This document shows, piece after piece, positions 1-11,241 of a stretch of 64,000 bases of DNA. The notes under the pieces were generated by a model. That model was not told the DNA's origin. It worked only from the letters and a program-made list of their open reading frames with translations, and made no database searches. The stretch comes from Azolla caroliniana (lineage: Eukaryota > Plantae > Polypodiophyta). The DNA lies in NCBI GenBank assembly GCA_043228905.1, contig JBHGNT010000022.1, positions 2,976,001 to 3,040,000 of the forward strand, given 5' to 3'. The stretch's first letter is position 1. Each line of letters starts with the position of its first letter. Made by a program: the position numbers and the translations under genes.

Positions 1-851
1 GAAAGCAGCAGAAGAAGAACAAAGAAAGACTGTTGAGAACCTCCGCCGGGCAGAAGACAATCTGTGGAAAGGACATTAGGCATATGACCGGCTTAAGGAG
101 GAGAAAGAGAAAGTGTTGCAAGAAAAGGATAAGGTGTGACGGATGGCGGAAATGGAGATTGAAAGACTTAAAGAAGAACTCCGTCAACAGAAAGATCGGG
201 AAGACTGCAAGGAAGTAAACCCACATGTTTCTACTGAAGTCGTCGACTAGCAACATATAGTAGAGAGATCCACCCATTGCAAGAGTCACCATTTTTCCAG
301 AGAGATCGATGTGTATTAGTTGTAGAGGAGTCTTTGTCCGATTTTGACTCTCTTTTGGAATAGCTGATCTTTGATGCTTGCCCATCATACAAGCATCACA
401 AACATGACTTAAGTCAGATAGGGTTGGCAACCCAACTACCATATCCGACTTCTTCATCTCCTTCAACACAACAACATTGAGATGCCCAAATCTCTCATGC
501 CATTGCTTTGTGTTAGTACTTGTGTTGTGGTCAGTAGAAATGGTAAGTGCGCTCAGCTCATAGAGATTGTTGCACCTTACCCCTATTCCTACAATCTTGT
601 CAGCAGAATCTGTTATGTCTGCACCCGATTTCTTGAATCGAACATCAAGACCCTTGTCGGTCAGTGCAGAAATGGACAATAGATTCTTCTTGAGATCTGG
701 CATGTACAACACTTGAGAGAGATGCTTTGTCCCGCTGGTCGTTGCTTTGAGGGAGACGGTTCCGATTCCTTTGGCTGGACATCGAGCATTGTTCCCGACC
801 ACAACATTGATGGGCTCTTGTAGAGGTGTCCAAGAGCTATACCAGTCACGA

Positions 852-1833
852 TTACTGGTCATATGTCGGGACGCTCCATATGTCGACAACTTGGGTGTCA
901 ACTAAAACACACACTTCTTCAGTTGCGACCCATAACTCAAGCTCATGTACGACGTTGTTGGGGGACTCGGGCTCTCTCCAAGAGGTCTTACTAGAACCAT
1001 TCTTCTCGTCCGTCATCTTCTTTCGACAATCCTTGATTGTGTGACCCTTCTTGTCACAATAGAAACACGATCCATTGAACTTCTTCTTTGGTATCCTATT
1101 CACATTGTTTGAATTGGATGCTCCTGTACCCTTAGTCCTAGAGACAAATGCCGAATCTTCCCTTCCTTCTCTTGTCTTCGGCCGAAGCTCCTCTTCAAGT
1201 AGCATCGCACTTAGTTCATCAAATTTTAAAGGAGTGGGTCGAACCTGAGTGTTCAATGTTGTCACAATGCCATCATACTTGAAAGGAAGTACTCGAATGC
1301 ACCGACGAGCCATATCCTCTTGAGAGACGACTACTCCCAACAGCCGCCAGTTGATCTTGAAGATCCTTAATCCTTTTTACAAAGGATTCTACTTTCTCTC
1401 CATCAACGAGCTTCTCTGCCGCAAGCTGATTTTCAAGGTTTTGTATCCTTGTATAGTTTCTGGTCTCATACTGGTTGGCCAATATGCTCCAAGCTTCATG
1501 TGCCTTGGTTGTATGTTGCACTAATGTTAGTACAGAGTCACATACACCAGTGACTATGGTACACAACGCATCAACATTCCTTCTCTTCCAAGCTCGAAGT
1601 AGATCAGCATTTGGAGGGATTGATGTGGTAGGGTGTGTAGGGTCAAAGGTCGTCATGGGCTCAGGGTCTCCTTCTGTTGGTCCCATGATTGTCTCCAACA
1701 ACTCGTAGGAGTTCAAAATGGCAGACATTTTGAACTTCCATAGAGTGTAGTTGGTTCCATCTAGCTTTCCATCAGACAATGGAGGTGGGCGAATGCGTAG
1801 TGGAGCAGCTGCAACATTCATGGACAAGGCCAT
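852..1833 (-). pseudogene. Copia gag, frameshifted into two ORFs
   Basis: Overlapping ORFs 1273-1833 and 852-1340 carry the gag N-terminal motif and the CCHC knuckle in different frames. Confidence 0.8.
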
Positions 1834-1926
1834 TGATACTCTCTCTCTCTCTCTATTTCTCGGTGATGCCAGACATCAACTGCATGTATATACCTAATCT
1901 AGATCAACCTCTCTGCTCTGATACCA

Positions 1927-2565
1927 TGTTAGAAATATTGAGAATCGATTAGATAGGTATATAGAGTTACAACTACAGAGATGGGATATATGAAAACAAA
2001 ACTTCTATTACATATGAGAGTAGCTCACAATGGTAGTTTTCCCATACACTCACACCTTAGAGCTTAGATAGGATATGGACCAGCTCACTACAAAATTAGT
2101 GGGGACTAATAATCAAGCCAACCACTGTGAAAAGAAAGTGGATTGCTTTCTATGTTTGGTCTAAGTATAACATTATATATGCAAGTCATTTGATAGTAGT
2201 GGAGATATTCATTTTCTATCAACTGACTTGTCATTTAATATGACCAACTCCCTAGGTACAGGCTAGTGCTAGATAGTACTTATCTTGAAGTCAATGATGC
2301 ATACTTCAAGACTAAGTACATCGTAACTTGCCCACAAAATATTCTAGTTGACTTGATTAGCCAATCTTATTACCTATTTCTCTCTTTCCTAAATACATTG
2401 TGTCCTACGCATCTACAGTTTCCTAGATTAACACCTTATCGACCCATATGGTCGAGTTGCACACTAGCCGCTCCTCATTTGGGGCGCTATCACAAAATGT
2501 GCACTCTAAGAGCACATATGGGGATAGATTTACAACTTGGGGCTGATCATTGATTATATCTAACA
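1927..2565 (-). repeat. 5' LTR of the copia element (639 bp)
   Basis: 7-bp inverted termini TGTTAGA/TCTAACA, with the PBS immediately internal at 1915-1926. Confidence 0.8.
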
Positions 2566-2570
2566 ATTAT

Positions 2571-5500
2571 GACACGAAACGGACTCGTACCGACACACTA
2601 CCTCTTCGATCAGGAACCGGCATACCGCCGCGGTTGTCTTGTTCTGCAGTGCACAGCCTTCCACCTGGTTTGTTAAGTCTTCCCGCGCAAGCACCAAGTA
2701 TCGCATCTGTCCTACTCCCATCGGCATCGTCACCAAGTCCACCATCCACTTGAAATGGACCGCAGGCGGGTAAGTCGGGTGTAGCTCGTCCCGATGTCAG
2801 ACTACGGAGTGCATCTGACAACTTTCGCAAGTCATCACGAACCGATGCACGTCCTAGTACAGCCCCGGCCACCAGTACTTCTCCTTCAGCTTCTCGAACG
2901 TGGCCCACGTCCCGCGGTGCCCGTCCCAGGGACCCTCATGAAATGCCGCCAGTAGTTCCTCCTGTTCTTCTTTCTTTGCCACTACACGAAGCGGGATGTC
3001 GTTTTTCTTCTTTGGGTGCCTCCATATGCACTCATCCCGCAAGAAGAATCGGTACACCTTCTTCCGTACCCGGCTCACCCCTTCTCTCGTCCACACTGCG
3101 TCCGGCGTCATCGCCCGTAGGAACCTCCTGATTTGGAGCCACTCCCCGTCGTACCTTCTTTTGTCAAATTCGTTAAGCGACGGAGTGTCCCCTTTCCTCG
3201 TCGTTACGTTAGCTGACCCGAAGAAGTCCTTGCCGACTTCTTCGTCATCCGAAACCATGCCGTCTTCGTCGTTGAACCTCGCTCTCGAAAGCATGTCGGC
3301 CATGACGTTATCTTTTCTGGAGATGTGTCATATCTCCGGGTTCAGGGACTTAATGTACGCTATCCACCGGAGCATTGCTAGGTCCGGCGTCGCGCATCCG
3401 GATACCATGCCGAGTATCGGCTGGCAGTCAATCTCGATGATCACCTCCGTCCCGATCAGATAGTCCTTGTCGGCCTTAACTGCCGAAACGATACCCCAAA
3501 GCTCGCGCTTAACTTGGGCGTACCCTCGTTGCCACTCGCTCAATACCTTCGCCCCGAACCGGATCGGGAATCGTACGTCGTCCTTGTCCTCCTGACTTAT
3601 TACCCACCCGATCCCGGTTGGGCTCGTGTCCACTGTCACGCAAATGGGGACATCCTTACCGTAAACCGCTTTACGGAGAGTCGGCGCTACCGTAAGCGCC
3701 TCCTTTAGTCTCCGTAACGACTCCATGTGCTCCGTCCTCCACTCAAAGTTGCACCCCTTTTTCAATAGTCCGTAGAGGGGCTCCGCAACATGTGCGTAGT
3801 GCGGGATCCAGATGTGGTAGAACGTGCATGCTCCGTGACCGACCCGCAATCATCCATCATCGTGGAGATGGCCTCTACCTTTGCCGGAGACGGCTTCCTA
3901 CCGTAGGGCCCGCACAGGTGTCCGACCACCAAGATCTCCGACTGCCCGAACGCCAATTTTTCCCCAAAGAAGGTGAGTCGTGCGTTTTCGAGCCTCTGCA
4001 GCACCTTCTCGCAGTCGTTGATGTGGTTCACGACGAACCTCCGGCATCCGTCTGGCCCGACAGTCTCGTCCACATCATCCACCGGACACCCCTTTATCGG
4101 GATGTCATCCAAGAATGGCATGGTGATGTCCGGGATGCAGTCCCTCAGCACCTTGTTCATTGCGTTCACCATATGCACCACCGAATTTGTCCCGCCTTAT
4201 GGTAGGGTACACATCCGTACTAGGCCGAGAGGGGTTCGCATCGTCGTGATATCCCTGCTCTCCACGGCTAGCTGGAACTGGTCGTACCCCGAGTATAAGT
4301 CACCAACCGAATAGATCGACCTTCCAACGAAGGCCTTCGCGAACTCATCTATGGTCGGTCCGATTCCTGCATTACGGATGGTCACCCTGTTGACCAGTTG
4401 CAGGTCCTGAATGAAGCGCAGCATGCCGTTCTTCTTCGGCACCGTAAACCACCGGCTCGAATATGGGGCACTCGACGGTTCGAGACCCATCTCCACCTTT
4501 TGTTTCAGAAGCTCCATCAATTTCGGGATGTGAGCTCTCGGTACCGGGATCGGTTTGAGATTCCACGGTACATGCGGTACCGTGAAGATTACCATCGGTT
4601 CGACGATCGTCGGGTCCACGCACCCGATCTCCTCTGGCGAGAACGCGAAGGCTTTCCCATGCCTTCCGAGCATTCTCCGAAACCTGTCCTCCTCAGCCGG
4701 CAGTAGAAAGCCACCCCCACCAACCTTGAGCTCCCGTAGCGTTATGTCGGTGAACCGGTGCCCTATGCCAGCCGGATTCCGTAAACTTGGGTCCGACGCA
4801 ACCACTTTTATCTGCTCCTCGCTGCCCTCCGGCAAGGGTGCCGCGACTGGCTTCACCTTCCAGTCCACAGTCTTGTACTTTGTATCCACGCGGGCCGTCC
4901 GATCCGACCCGATCCTTTCCCCGAAGTCCGTGATGACTTCATACATTCCCATTGAACTAACCGGAACGGTCCGGTCTTCTCTAAGGTCTTCACCGATCAC
5001 CTTTTGCAATTCCCCCAAGGTGTCGTCAAAAGAGACCGCCTCCACGGCGTCGTTGATGTCTTCGTCGGGGGAGAGGACTCCGCATCCCCTGAGCCGCTCC
5101 TCCGCTCGCTTCCTCTCCCGGCCGTTGACGTCGGTTATAGTACAACCTCCGTTTTCAAAGAACCAAAACTTTCTACCTATTGTACATGTGTGGGGTTCTT
5201 CCGATATGTCCGGACTACCACGGCCCCACGCCTTGATAGCCCTCTCTAAAAATCCCCTCGGCTGCCGTTGCCGAGGGTCTCGCGATTCCTCTCATGATTT
5301 GGACGTACCGTCATGAATTGGACGGAATGCCAACCGTCCTGGCTCTTGATGCACGCGTACGCCGAACCGTTGTCCAGCACTTTCGTCTCCATGCGTGTTG
5401 CCGTAATGTATGGTTCGTCGAGAATCACCAGGTGCGAGGATGTTTCCTGCAGGAAGAAATGTTGATCTATCTCGACGTCACCGACCTTTACGCGTATATT

Positions 5501-6950
5501 TGGGCACGCACCATGCAGCTCCTCCGTAGCACGCGTCGCCGCGCGTATCTTCCACTCGTGCTTGGTGTTGATCGGCCATTTACCCTTCTTGTAGAAATCC
5601 ATGGACATCAGGTTGATTTCGGATCCATGGTCTAGCAAGGCCACCACCGGTTCCGGAACGTCGTTGATCCGCACAGGGGTTTCCGTAGTTGCCCTGGCCC
5701 AATGCGGCTTCGCGTAGTGGCTTTCCGCTAACTCTTCTTCTAGGGCCGCGTCTTCTAAGTGCGTAGTCCGCACCTCCACCGGCTTCTCCGGTTCTGGCTC
5801 CGTGGAGAGCCTCTTCCGCTTCACCAAGTCTACGATGGAGTCGTGGAACTCCCTCTTGGCGTTCCCAACACCTCTCGCAACGACAGCTCCACTTTACTGT
5901 CGAGGATCCGCTCTTCAAGGACCTTCCGTAGGTCCGTTGCTCTCTCGATTTCGGTGCTCAACCGAAACCCTGCCTGCTTCTTTCCGTTCGGCGCGCCTGG
6001 GTTGCCGGCACCAGTCGGTTTCGGTCCGAACTGGGTCTTGTACCTCGGGGGACCCACCCCCCCGGCCTTTCCTACCCGTTTTTCTTCCACCAGAACCTCG
6101 TAGTTCTGGCAAGCGGCTTCTACGAAGCCCGTTTTCTCTTCGACCGGATCGTCCCATCCGGTGACCTCCTGGACTCGCTGTTCCGCACGGTCCGCCTCTT
6201 CCTTCTTCAGCCGAACTCCGGAGAAGCCTTCTAGCACTAGCGGCCAGAATCCGGAGTCCTTCACCTTCCAGGACTCGTCACCCCCGACCCGAATTCCCGC
6301 CGACATTGAGTAGTTAACGGCTTCTACATGCCGTGTCGTGGCCTCTTCCATCAACCTCTTCATTCCACCGCGCCCCGTATTTAGTTCTAGGGCTCTCCGG
6401 GTCTCGCTCGCGTGCACCCACCCGTTCCAGAGGTACACCACGTTGGACCTGAGCGCGTCGGCGAAATCCGCGCAATCCTTCCGAATGTGACCGATCGCGT
6501 CACACCACATGCACCGCTGCCCAGCCGGTGGCCTCCGGTCCCGAGGTTGTTCGTCGCTGCCTCTTCGTGCTTGTGCGATCTACAGATCGCGCACCATCTG
6601 TGTCAGCTCCTCCAGAGCCGCTCCTCCGGATGGGCCTCTGACTACGTCATTCGATGCCGACCCCAACTCCAACCAAATTCGGGTCTCTTCCTTCCTACCG
6701 GCTGGCACCGATACCGGCTCCTCAAGCCTCCCCGCCGGAACCGGCCTTGACCCTGACGAGCTTCCGTCGCTCCAATCGCGCCATTTGTCGAAACAGCTAC
6801 AGACCCATTTTACCACGGCCCAATCTGTCGTGAGCCCTTCGTCCGTTTCCAATAGGGGACCCACCTTTTCCCTATCGAGCGCGTCTACCGACTTGACAAA
6901 CAGTAGTACTCAACTCGTTTCGAGCACGGTCCGGTTCAGCGTCGACAGCC
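2571..6950 (-). pseudogene. Degenerate gag-PR-pol of the older gypsy element
   Basis: Motifs ALLDHGSEIN, PFLDDIPIKG, VTVDTSPTGIG and GHRGTWATFEKL...WWPGLY are split across several frames. Confidence 0.9.
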
Positions 6951-6954
6951 GCGT

Positions 6955-7671
6955 TGTCGGGGTTACTACGCCCTTGCGTGTAGAAAGGAGGAGGGACCAC
7001 GGGGGTCTTGAACCGAAGAGCAAGAGAGAGAGGAGTAAGAGAGAGAGACCCGATTACACAGAACCGAAGATCCGATTGCGCAGAACCGACGATTGCACAG
7101 GGACACGGCCCAACAAACAGAGATCACAAATAAACGCCGACGCAGATGGACGCAACAACGAAAGATATGTACTTATGAATGCAAGAAAATAACAGACTAA
7201 AGTATTACAACCCACGGTGGGGCACGAAATAGATACTAACGAAAACGAACAGGGCGGCGAACAGATGCCGACCCCTGTATGTCGCGACGCACAGGAAGGG
7301 AAAACAGGTCGGAGGTGCTGCAGGACGCACTCGGGGCGTTCCACGGAACAGCGCAAGCCTCCTCGAAACCTGCACTGGTACGCGATGGAGCAGAAGACAG
7401 AGAAAGCAGGAGTGAGAGAGAGCTCCGAAATCGGTTCGGCAGCACTTCGTCCTCTCCGCGCGAGATACCCCACTTCTATTCTTCCTCTTCCCTTTTATAG
7501 CCCGTCAAGAGGCCGTTTGGCATTAACTGCATACCAACCGAATCTACCCACCTAGGATCCTCGTATGTACCTACTTCGTCCTTAGGTACTTCTTGGGGCG
7601 CGTGTGTGCGTAGAGCCGTTTCCCACGCCTTGTTCCTCCGATTCCTCTTGTGGGCGGTTTTCTTCACGACA
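6955..7671 (-). repeat. 3' LTR of the young gypsy element (717 bp)
   Basis: Direct repeat of 13402-14119. The ORF track gives identical translations inside both copies. Confidence 0.97.
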
Positions 7672-7743
7672 TCCGCCCCCACCTAACCGCGCATCCACCG
7701 GCATGCGCCAAAATAAGTTGGCACGGAGAAAACCGGCCCGCCT

Positions 7744-10700
7744 TTACTCTTCGCCTGCCGGCCCTTCCTCGGCCTCGGATCGGTCGTCGCTGCTGTTCAG
7801 GAGAATCGGGTCGGGTTCGTCGTCATGCCGCTTCTTGAAAGCTTTGATCCTCTTCCCGGCCACGGGTATCGCTATTCTCGTACCGTCGAGCTCCGCCAGA
7901 TGATACGTCCCGTTGTCGTTGGCGCTCTGTACCGTGTACGGCCCGAACCATCTCCGTGCGAACTTCCGCGTTGATCGGTGCTGGTTGTCGAGGCTGCTGT
8001 CGTAGACGAGCACCCAGTCACCTTGTTCGATCTTCTTCGGTCGGAGTCGGTGCGTTCGGTCGAACCTGGCCTTGTTCTTTATCCTCGCCACTCGGATCCT
8101 TTCTGCAGCCGTCTCCACGTCCTCCGGTCTCCGTTCGAGTTGTCGTATACGCGCTGCCAACAAGTCCTCCCGGCTCATCTCGTCCCTCCAGTCGACCGTC
8201 GCCCATGAGGAGATTGTTTGTTCCACCGGCATGATCGGCTTCTGGCCGAACATGAGCTCTGTCGGCATGTACCCGGTTACCGAACTGTGCGTAGTCCGGT
8301 CGGCCCACAAAGCATAAGGTAGAAGTCGCGGCCAGTTACCGACTTGGCCCCCGCATGCCCGAACCAGCGCTTTAACGATCGGCCCGTGTCCGCGCTCCAC
8401 CTTTCCATTCGCCTCCGGGTTGTACGCAGTGGTGAGCGAGAGTTTGACTCCCACCCGATCGAACAGCTCCGCGGCCTCCTCGGCGTCCAACTCCCCCCGG
8501 TCAGCCACGATCTTCCCGACGCACCCGTACCGGCATATCACGTCCTCGATCAGGAACCGACACACGGCCGCGGTCGTCTTGTTCTGAAGGGCTCGGCCTT
8601 CCACCTGGTTCGTCAGGTCTTCCCGCGCTAGGACCAGATACCGCATCTGTCCTACCCCCATCGGCATCGTCACTAGGTCTACCATCCATTTGAAGTGGAT
8701 AGTCGGAGGGTACGTAGGGCGAAGCCCATCCCGGTGTCGGACTATCGAGTGCATCTGACAACTCTCGCAAGTCGACACGAACCGATGCACGTCCCGGTAC
8801 AATCCCGGCCACCAGTACTTCCCCTTCAGCTTCTCAAATGTCGCCCACGTTCCACGGTGTCCAGCCCAAGGGCTGTCGTGGTAGGCCGTCAGCAGCTCCT
8901 CCTGTTCTTCCTTCATCGCCACCACCCGGAGCAGAGCGCCGTCCCTCTTCTTCGGGTGCTTCCATAGGTAGCCATCCCGGAGAAAGAATCGATATGCTTT
9001 CTTCCGGATCCGGTTGGCCTCGTCCTTCGTCCATGACGCATCAGGCGTCATTGTCTTCAAAAACCCGCCGATCTGCAGCCACTCCCCGTCGTACTTGCTC
9101 GCGTCGAACTCGTTAAGCGCCGGAGTGCTCATTCCGTCGGTCGTTATGTGTGCCGCCTCGAAGAAATCCACGCCGACTTCTTCGTCTTCCGAAACCATGC
9201 CGCCCTCGTCGTCGAACCTCGCCCTCGAAAGCATGTCGGCCATGGCGTTGTCTTTCCCGGAAATGTGTCGTATTTCCGGGTCCAGGGACTTGATGTACGC
9301 TATCCACCTGAGCATCGCCAGGTCCGGAGTCGCGCATCCGGAAACCATACCGAGAATCGGCAGGCAATCCGTCTCGATGATCACTTCTGTCCCTATCAGG
9401 TAGTCTTTGTCGGCCTTAACCGCCGAAACAATACCCCAGAGTTCGCGTTTAACCTGGGCGTATCCTCGCTGCCGTTCACTGAGGACTTTCGCGCCGAATC
9501 GGATCGGAAACCGATTGCCGTCCTCGTCTTCCTGGTTCACGACCCATCCGATCCCGGTCGGACTGGTATCCACCGTTATGAATACCGGGGTACCGTTCCC
9601 GTATACCGCCTTCCGGAGTGCCGGTGCCGCTGCAAGGGCCTCTTTCAGCTTCCGGACCGATTCCGCGTGCTCGTCTAGCCATTCGAACCTTCGCCCCTTT
9701 TTCAGCAACCCATACAGTGGCTCCGCGACGTGTGCGTAATGCGGGATCCATATGTGGTAGAACGCGCATGCCCCCAGGAATCTCCGTACTTCCGTGACCG
9801 AGCTGCAGTCGGGCTTCATCGCGGAGATGGCTTCTACCTTTGCCGGAGACGGTTTCCGGCCATACGGTCCGCACAGGTGTCCGACCACCATGATTTCTGA
9901 CTGCCCGAAGGCCGACTTCTCCCCGGAGAAGGTGAGTCTCGCATCCTCTAGCCTTCGCAGCACCTTCTCGCAGTCGTCGATGTGCGTCGCCACGAATCGC
10001 CGGCATCCGTCCGGCCCGATCGTCTCGTCCTTCTCTTCTACCGGGCATCCCTTGATCGGGATGTCGTCCAGAAACGGCATGGTGATGTCCGGGATACAGT
10101 CCCTCAGAACCTTGTTCATCGCATTCACCATGTGGGCCACCGAGTTGGTCCCTCCTTGCGGCAGTGTACACATCCGAACTAGGCCGAGGGGAGTTCGCAT
10201 CGTCGTAATGTCTCTGCTCTCCACGGCTAGCTGGAACTGGTCGTACCCTGAGTATAGATCCCCGACCGAGTAAATTGACCTTCCGGCGAAGGCCTCCGCG
10301 AACTCGTCTATGGTCGGTCCGATCCCTGCGTTCCGAATGGTCACTCGATTGACCGGCTGCAGGTCCTGGATGAAGCGCAACGAACCGTTTTTCTTCGGTA
10401 CGGTAAACCATCGATTCGAATATGGGGCGCTCGACGGCTCGAGAATTCCCATATCAACTTTCTGCCTCAGCAGCTCCATCAACTTCGGGATGTGAGCTCT
10501 CGGAACCGGGATTGGCTTGAGGTTCCATGGTACATGCGGTACCGTGAATATCACCATCGGCTCCACGATCGTCGGGTCAACGCACCCGATTTCCTCCGGC
10601 GAGAATGCGAAGGCTTTCCCGTGCCTTCCGAGCATTCTCCGAAACCGGTCTTCCTCCGCCGGCAGTAGGAACCCGCCCCCACCGATTTTGAGCTCTCGGA

Positions 10701-11241
10701 GCGTCTCGTCGGTGAAGGTGTGCCCTATGCAGGCCGGATCTCGTAGACTAGGGTCCGATGCAACCCCTTTGATTCTCGACGCGCTGTCCTCCGGTAAGGG
10801 TGCCGCGACTGGCCTTACCTTCCGGTCCACAGTCTTGTACTTGGTGCTTACGCGGGCCGTCCGAACTGACTCGAGCCCTCGACCGAAGTCCGCGATGACT
10901 TCGTACATCTCCTCGGAACACACCGGTATCGTCCGGTCTTCGTTAAGGCCTTCTTCGACTACCTTTCCCAGCATTCCCAAGGTGTCGTCGAATGAGACCG
11001 CCTCCACGGCTCCGTTGATTTCCTCGTCAGGGCCGAGAACTCCGCACGCTCGAAGTCTCCCCTCCGCCTTTGTCTTCTCTCGGCCGCCGATGCCGACTAT
11101 CGTACACGCTCCGCTGTCGGAGAACAAAAATCCCCTACCTATGGTACAAGGTTCCTTCGGTTTTATCGTACAGGTGTGGGGGTTTCCCGGGGTGTCCGGA
11201 CTGTCGCGGCCCCACGCCTTGGCAGCCCTCTCTAAAAATCC
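7744..11241 (-). CDS. Pol polyprotein (RT - RNase H - integrase), predicted to be entered by -1 frameshift from gag-PR
   Basis: 1127-aa ORF; the frame stays open upstream to the slippery site at 11241. RT motifs DLYSGYDQF, LPQGGTNS, PFLDD. RNase H TVDTS...KREL...ETD. Integrase H..H..CESC, VDLV, VADRG, NGKVER and a GPY module. No chromodomain seen. Confidence 0.93.
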   Translation of the reverse strand, partial: GFLERAAKAWGRDSPDTPGNPHTCTIKPKEPCTIGRGFLFSDSGACTIVGIGGREKTKAEGRLRACGVLGPDEEINGAVEAVSFDDTLGMLGKVVEEGLNEDRTIPVCSEEMYEVIADFGRGLESVRTARVSTKYKTVDRKVRPVAAPLPEDSASRIKGVASDPSLRDPACIGHTFTDETLRELKIGGGGFLLPAEEDRFRRMLGRHGKAFAFSPEEIGCVDPTIVEPMVIFTVPHVPWNLKPIPVPRAHIPKLMELLRQKVDMGILEPSSAPYSNRWFTVPKKNGSLRFIQDLQPVNRVTIRNAGIGPTIDEFAEAFAGRSIYSVGDLYSGYDQFQLAVESRDITTMRTPLGLVRMCTLPQGGTNSVAHMVNAMNKVLRDCIPDITMPFLDDIPIKGCPVEEKDETIGPDGCRRFVATHIDDCEKVLRRLEDARLTFSGEKSAFGQSEIMVVGHLCGPYGRKPSPAKVEAISAMKPDCSSVTEVRRFLGACAFYHIWIPHYAHVAEPLYGLLKKGRRFEWLDEHAESVRKLKEALAAAPALRKAVYGNGTPVFITVDTSPTGIGWVVNQEDEDGNRFPIRFGAKVLSERQRGYAQVKRELWGIVSAVKADKDYLIGTEVIIETDCLPILGMVSGCATPDLAMLRWIAYIKSLDPEIRHISGKDNAMADMLSRARFDDEGGMVSEDEEVGVDFFEAAHITTDGMSTPALNEFDASKYDGEWLQIGGFLKTMTPDASWTKDEANRIRKKAYRFFLRDGYLWKHPKKRDGALLRVVAMKEEQEELLTAYHDSPWAGHRGTWATFEKLKGKYWWPGLYRDVHRFVSTCESCQMHSIVRHRDGLRPTYPPTIHFKWMVDLVTMPMGVGQMRYLVLAREDLTNQVEGRALQNKTTAAVCRFLIEDVICRYGCVGKIVADRGELDAEEAAELFDRVGVKLSLTTAYNPEANGKVERGHGPIVKALVRACGGQVGNWPRLLPYALWADRTTHSSVTGYMPTELMFGQKPIMPVEQTISSWATVDWRDEMSREDLLAARIRQLERRPEDVETAAERIRVARIKNKARFDRTHRLRPKKIEQGDWVLVYDSSLDNQHRSTRKFARRWFGPYTVQSANDNGTYHLAELDGTRIAIPVAGKRIKAFKKRHDDEPDPILLNSSDDRSEAEEGPAGEE
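11172..11241 (-). promoter_or_regulatory. Putative -1 programmed ribosomal frameshift signal (slippery GGATTTT + stem-loop/pseudoknot)
   Basis: G GAT TTT TAG at the gag stop, with pol in the -1 frame. A 6-nt spacer is followed by stem GGGCTG...CAGTCC, whose loop GTGGG is complementary to a downstream CCCAC. The same layout occurs at 5188-5255. Confidence 0.75.

Larger units (their letters stand above)
207..2565 (-). mobile_element. Ty1/copia LTR retrotransposon, 5' part (5' LTR, Met-PBS, degenerate gag / GAG-pre-integrase / start of integrase), truncated on the left
   Basis: LTR 1927-2565 with TGTTAGA...TCTAACA termini. Adjacent gctctgatacca = minus-strand TGGTATCAGAGC tRNA-iMet PBS. ORFs 1273-1833 (KLDGTNYTLWKFKM, UBN2-like gag) and 852-1340 (CFYCDKKGHTIKDC zinc knuckle). 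HVCDAC and LLVDDFSRNMWVYFL are readable on the minus strand at about 210-410. Confidence 0.85.

Noticed and set aside
2570-2580. TGACACGAA resembling the older element's LTR start (TGTCACGAA)
   Set aside because: It also aligns to the integrase sequence with a small deletion, and no matching TSD is present.
11129-11134. Second GGATTTT in the pol N-terminal region
   Set aside because: It is in the wrong register to act as the gag-pol slip site and is not conserved in the older copy.
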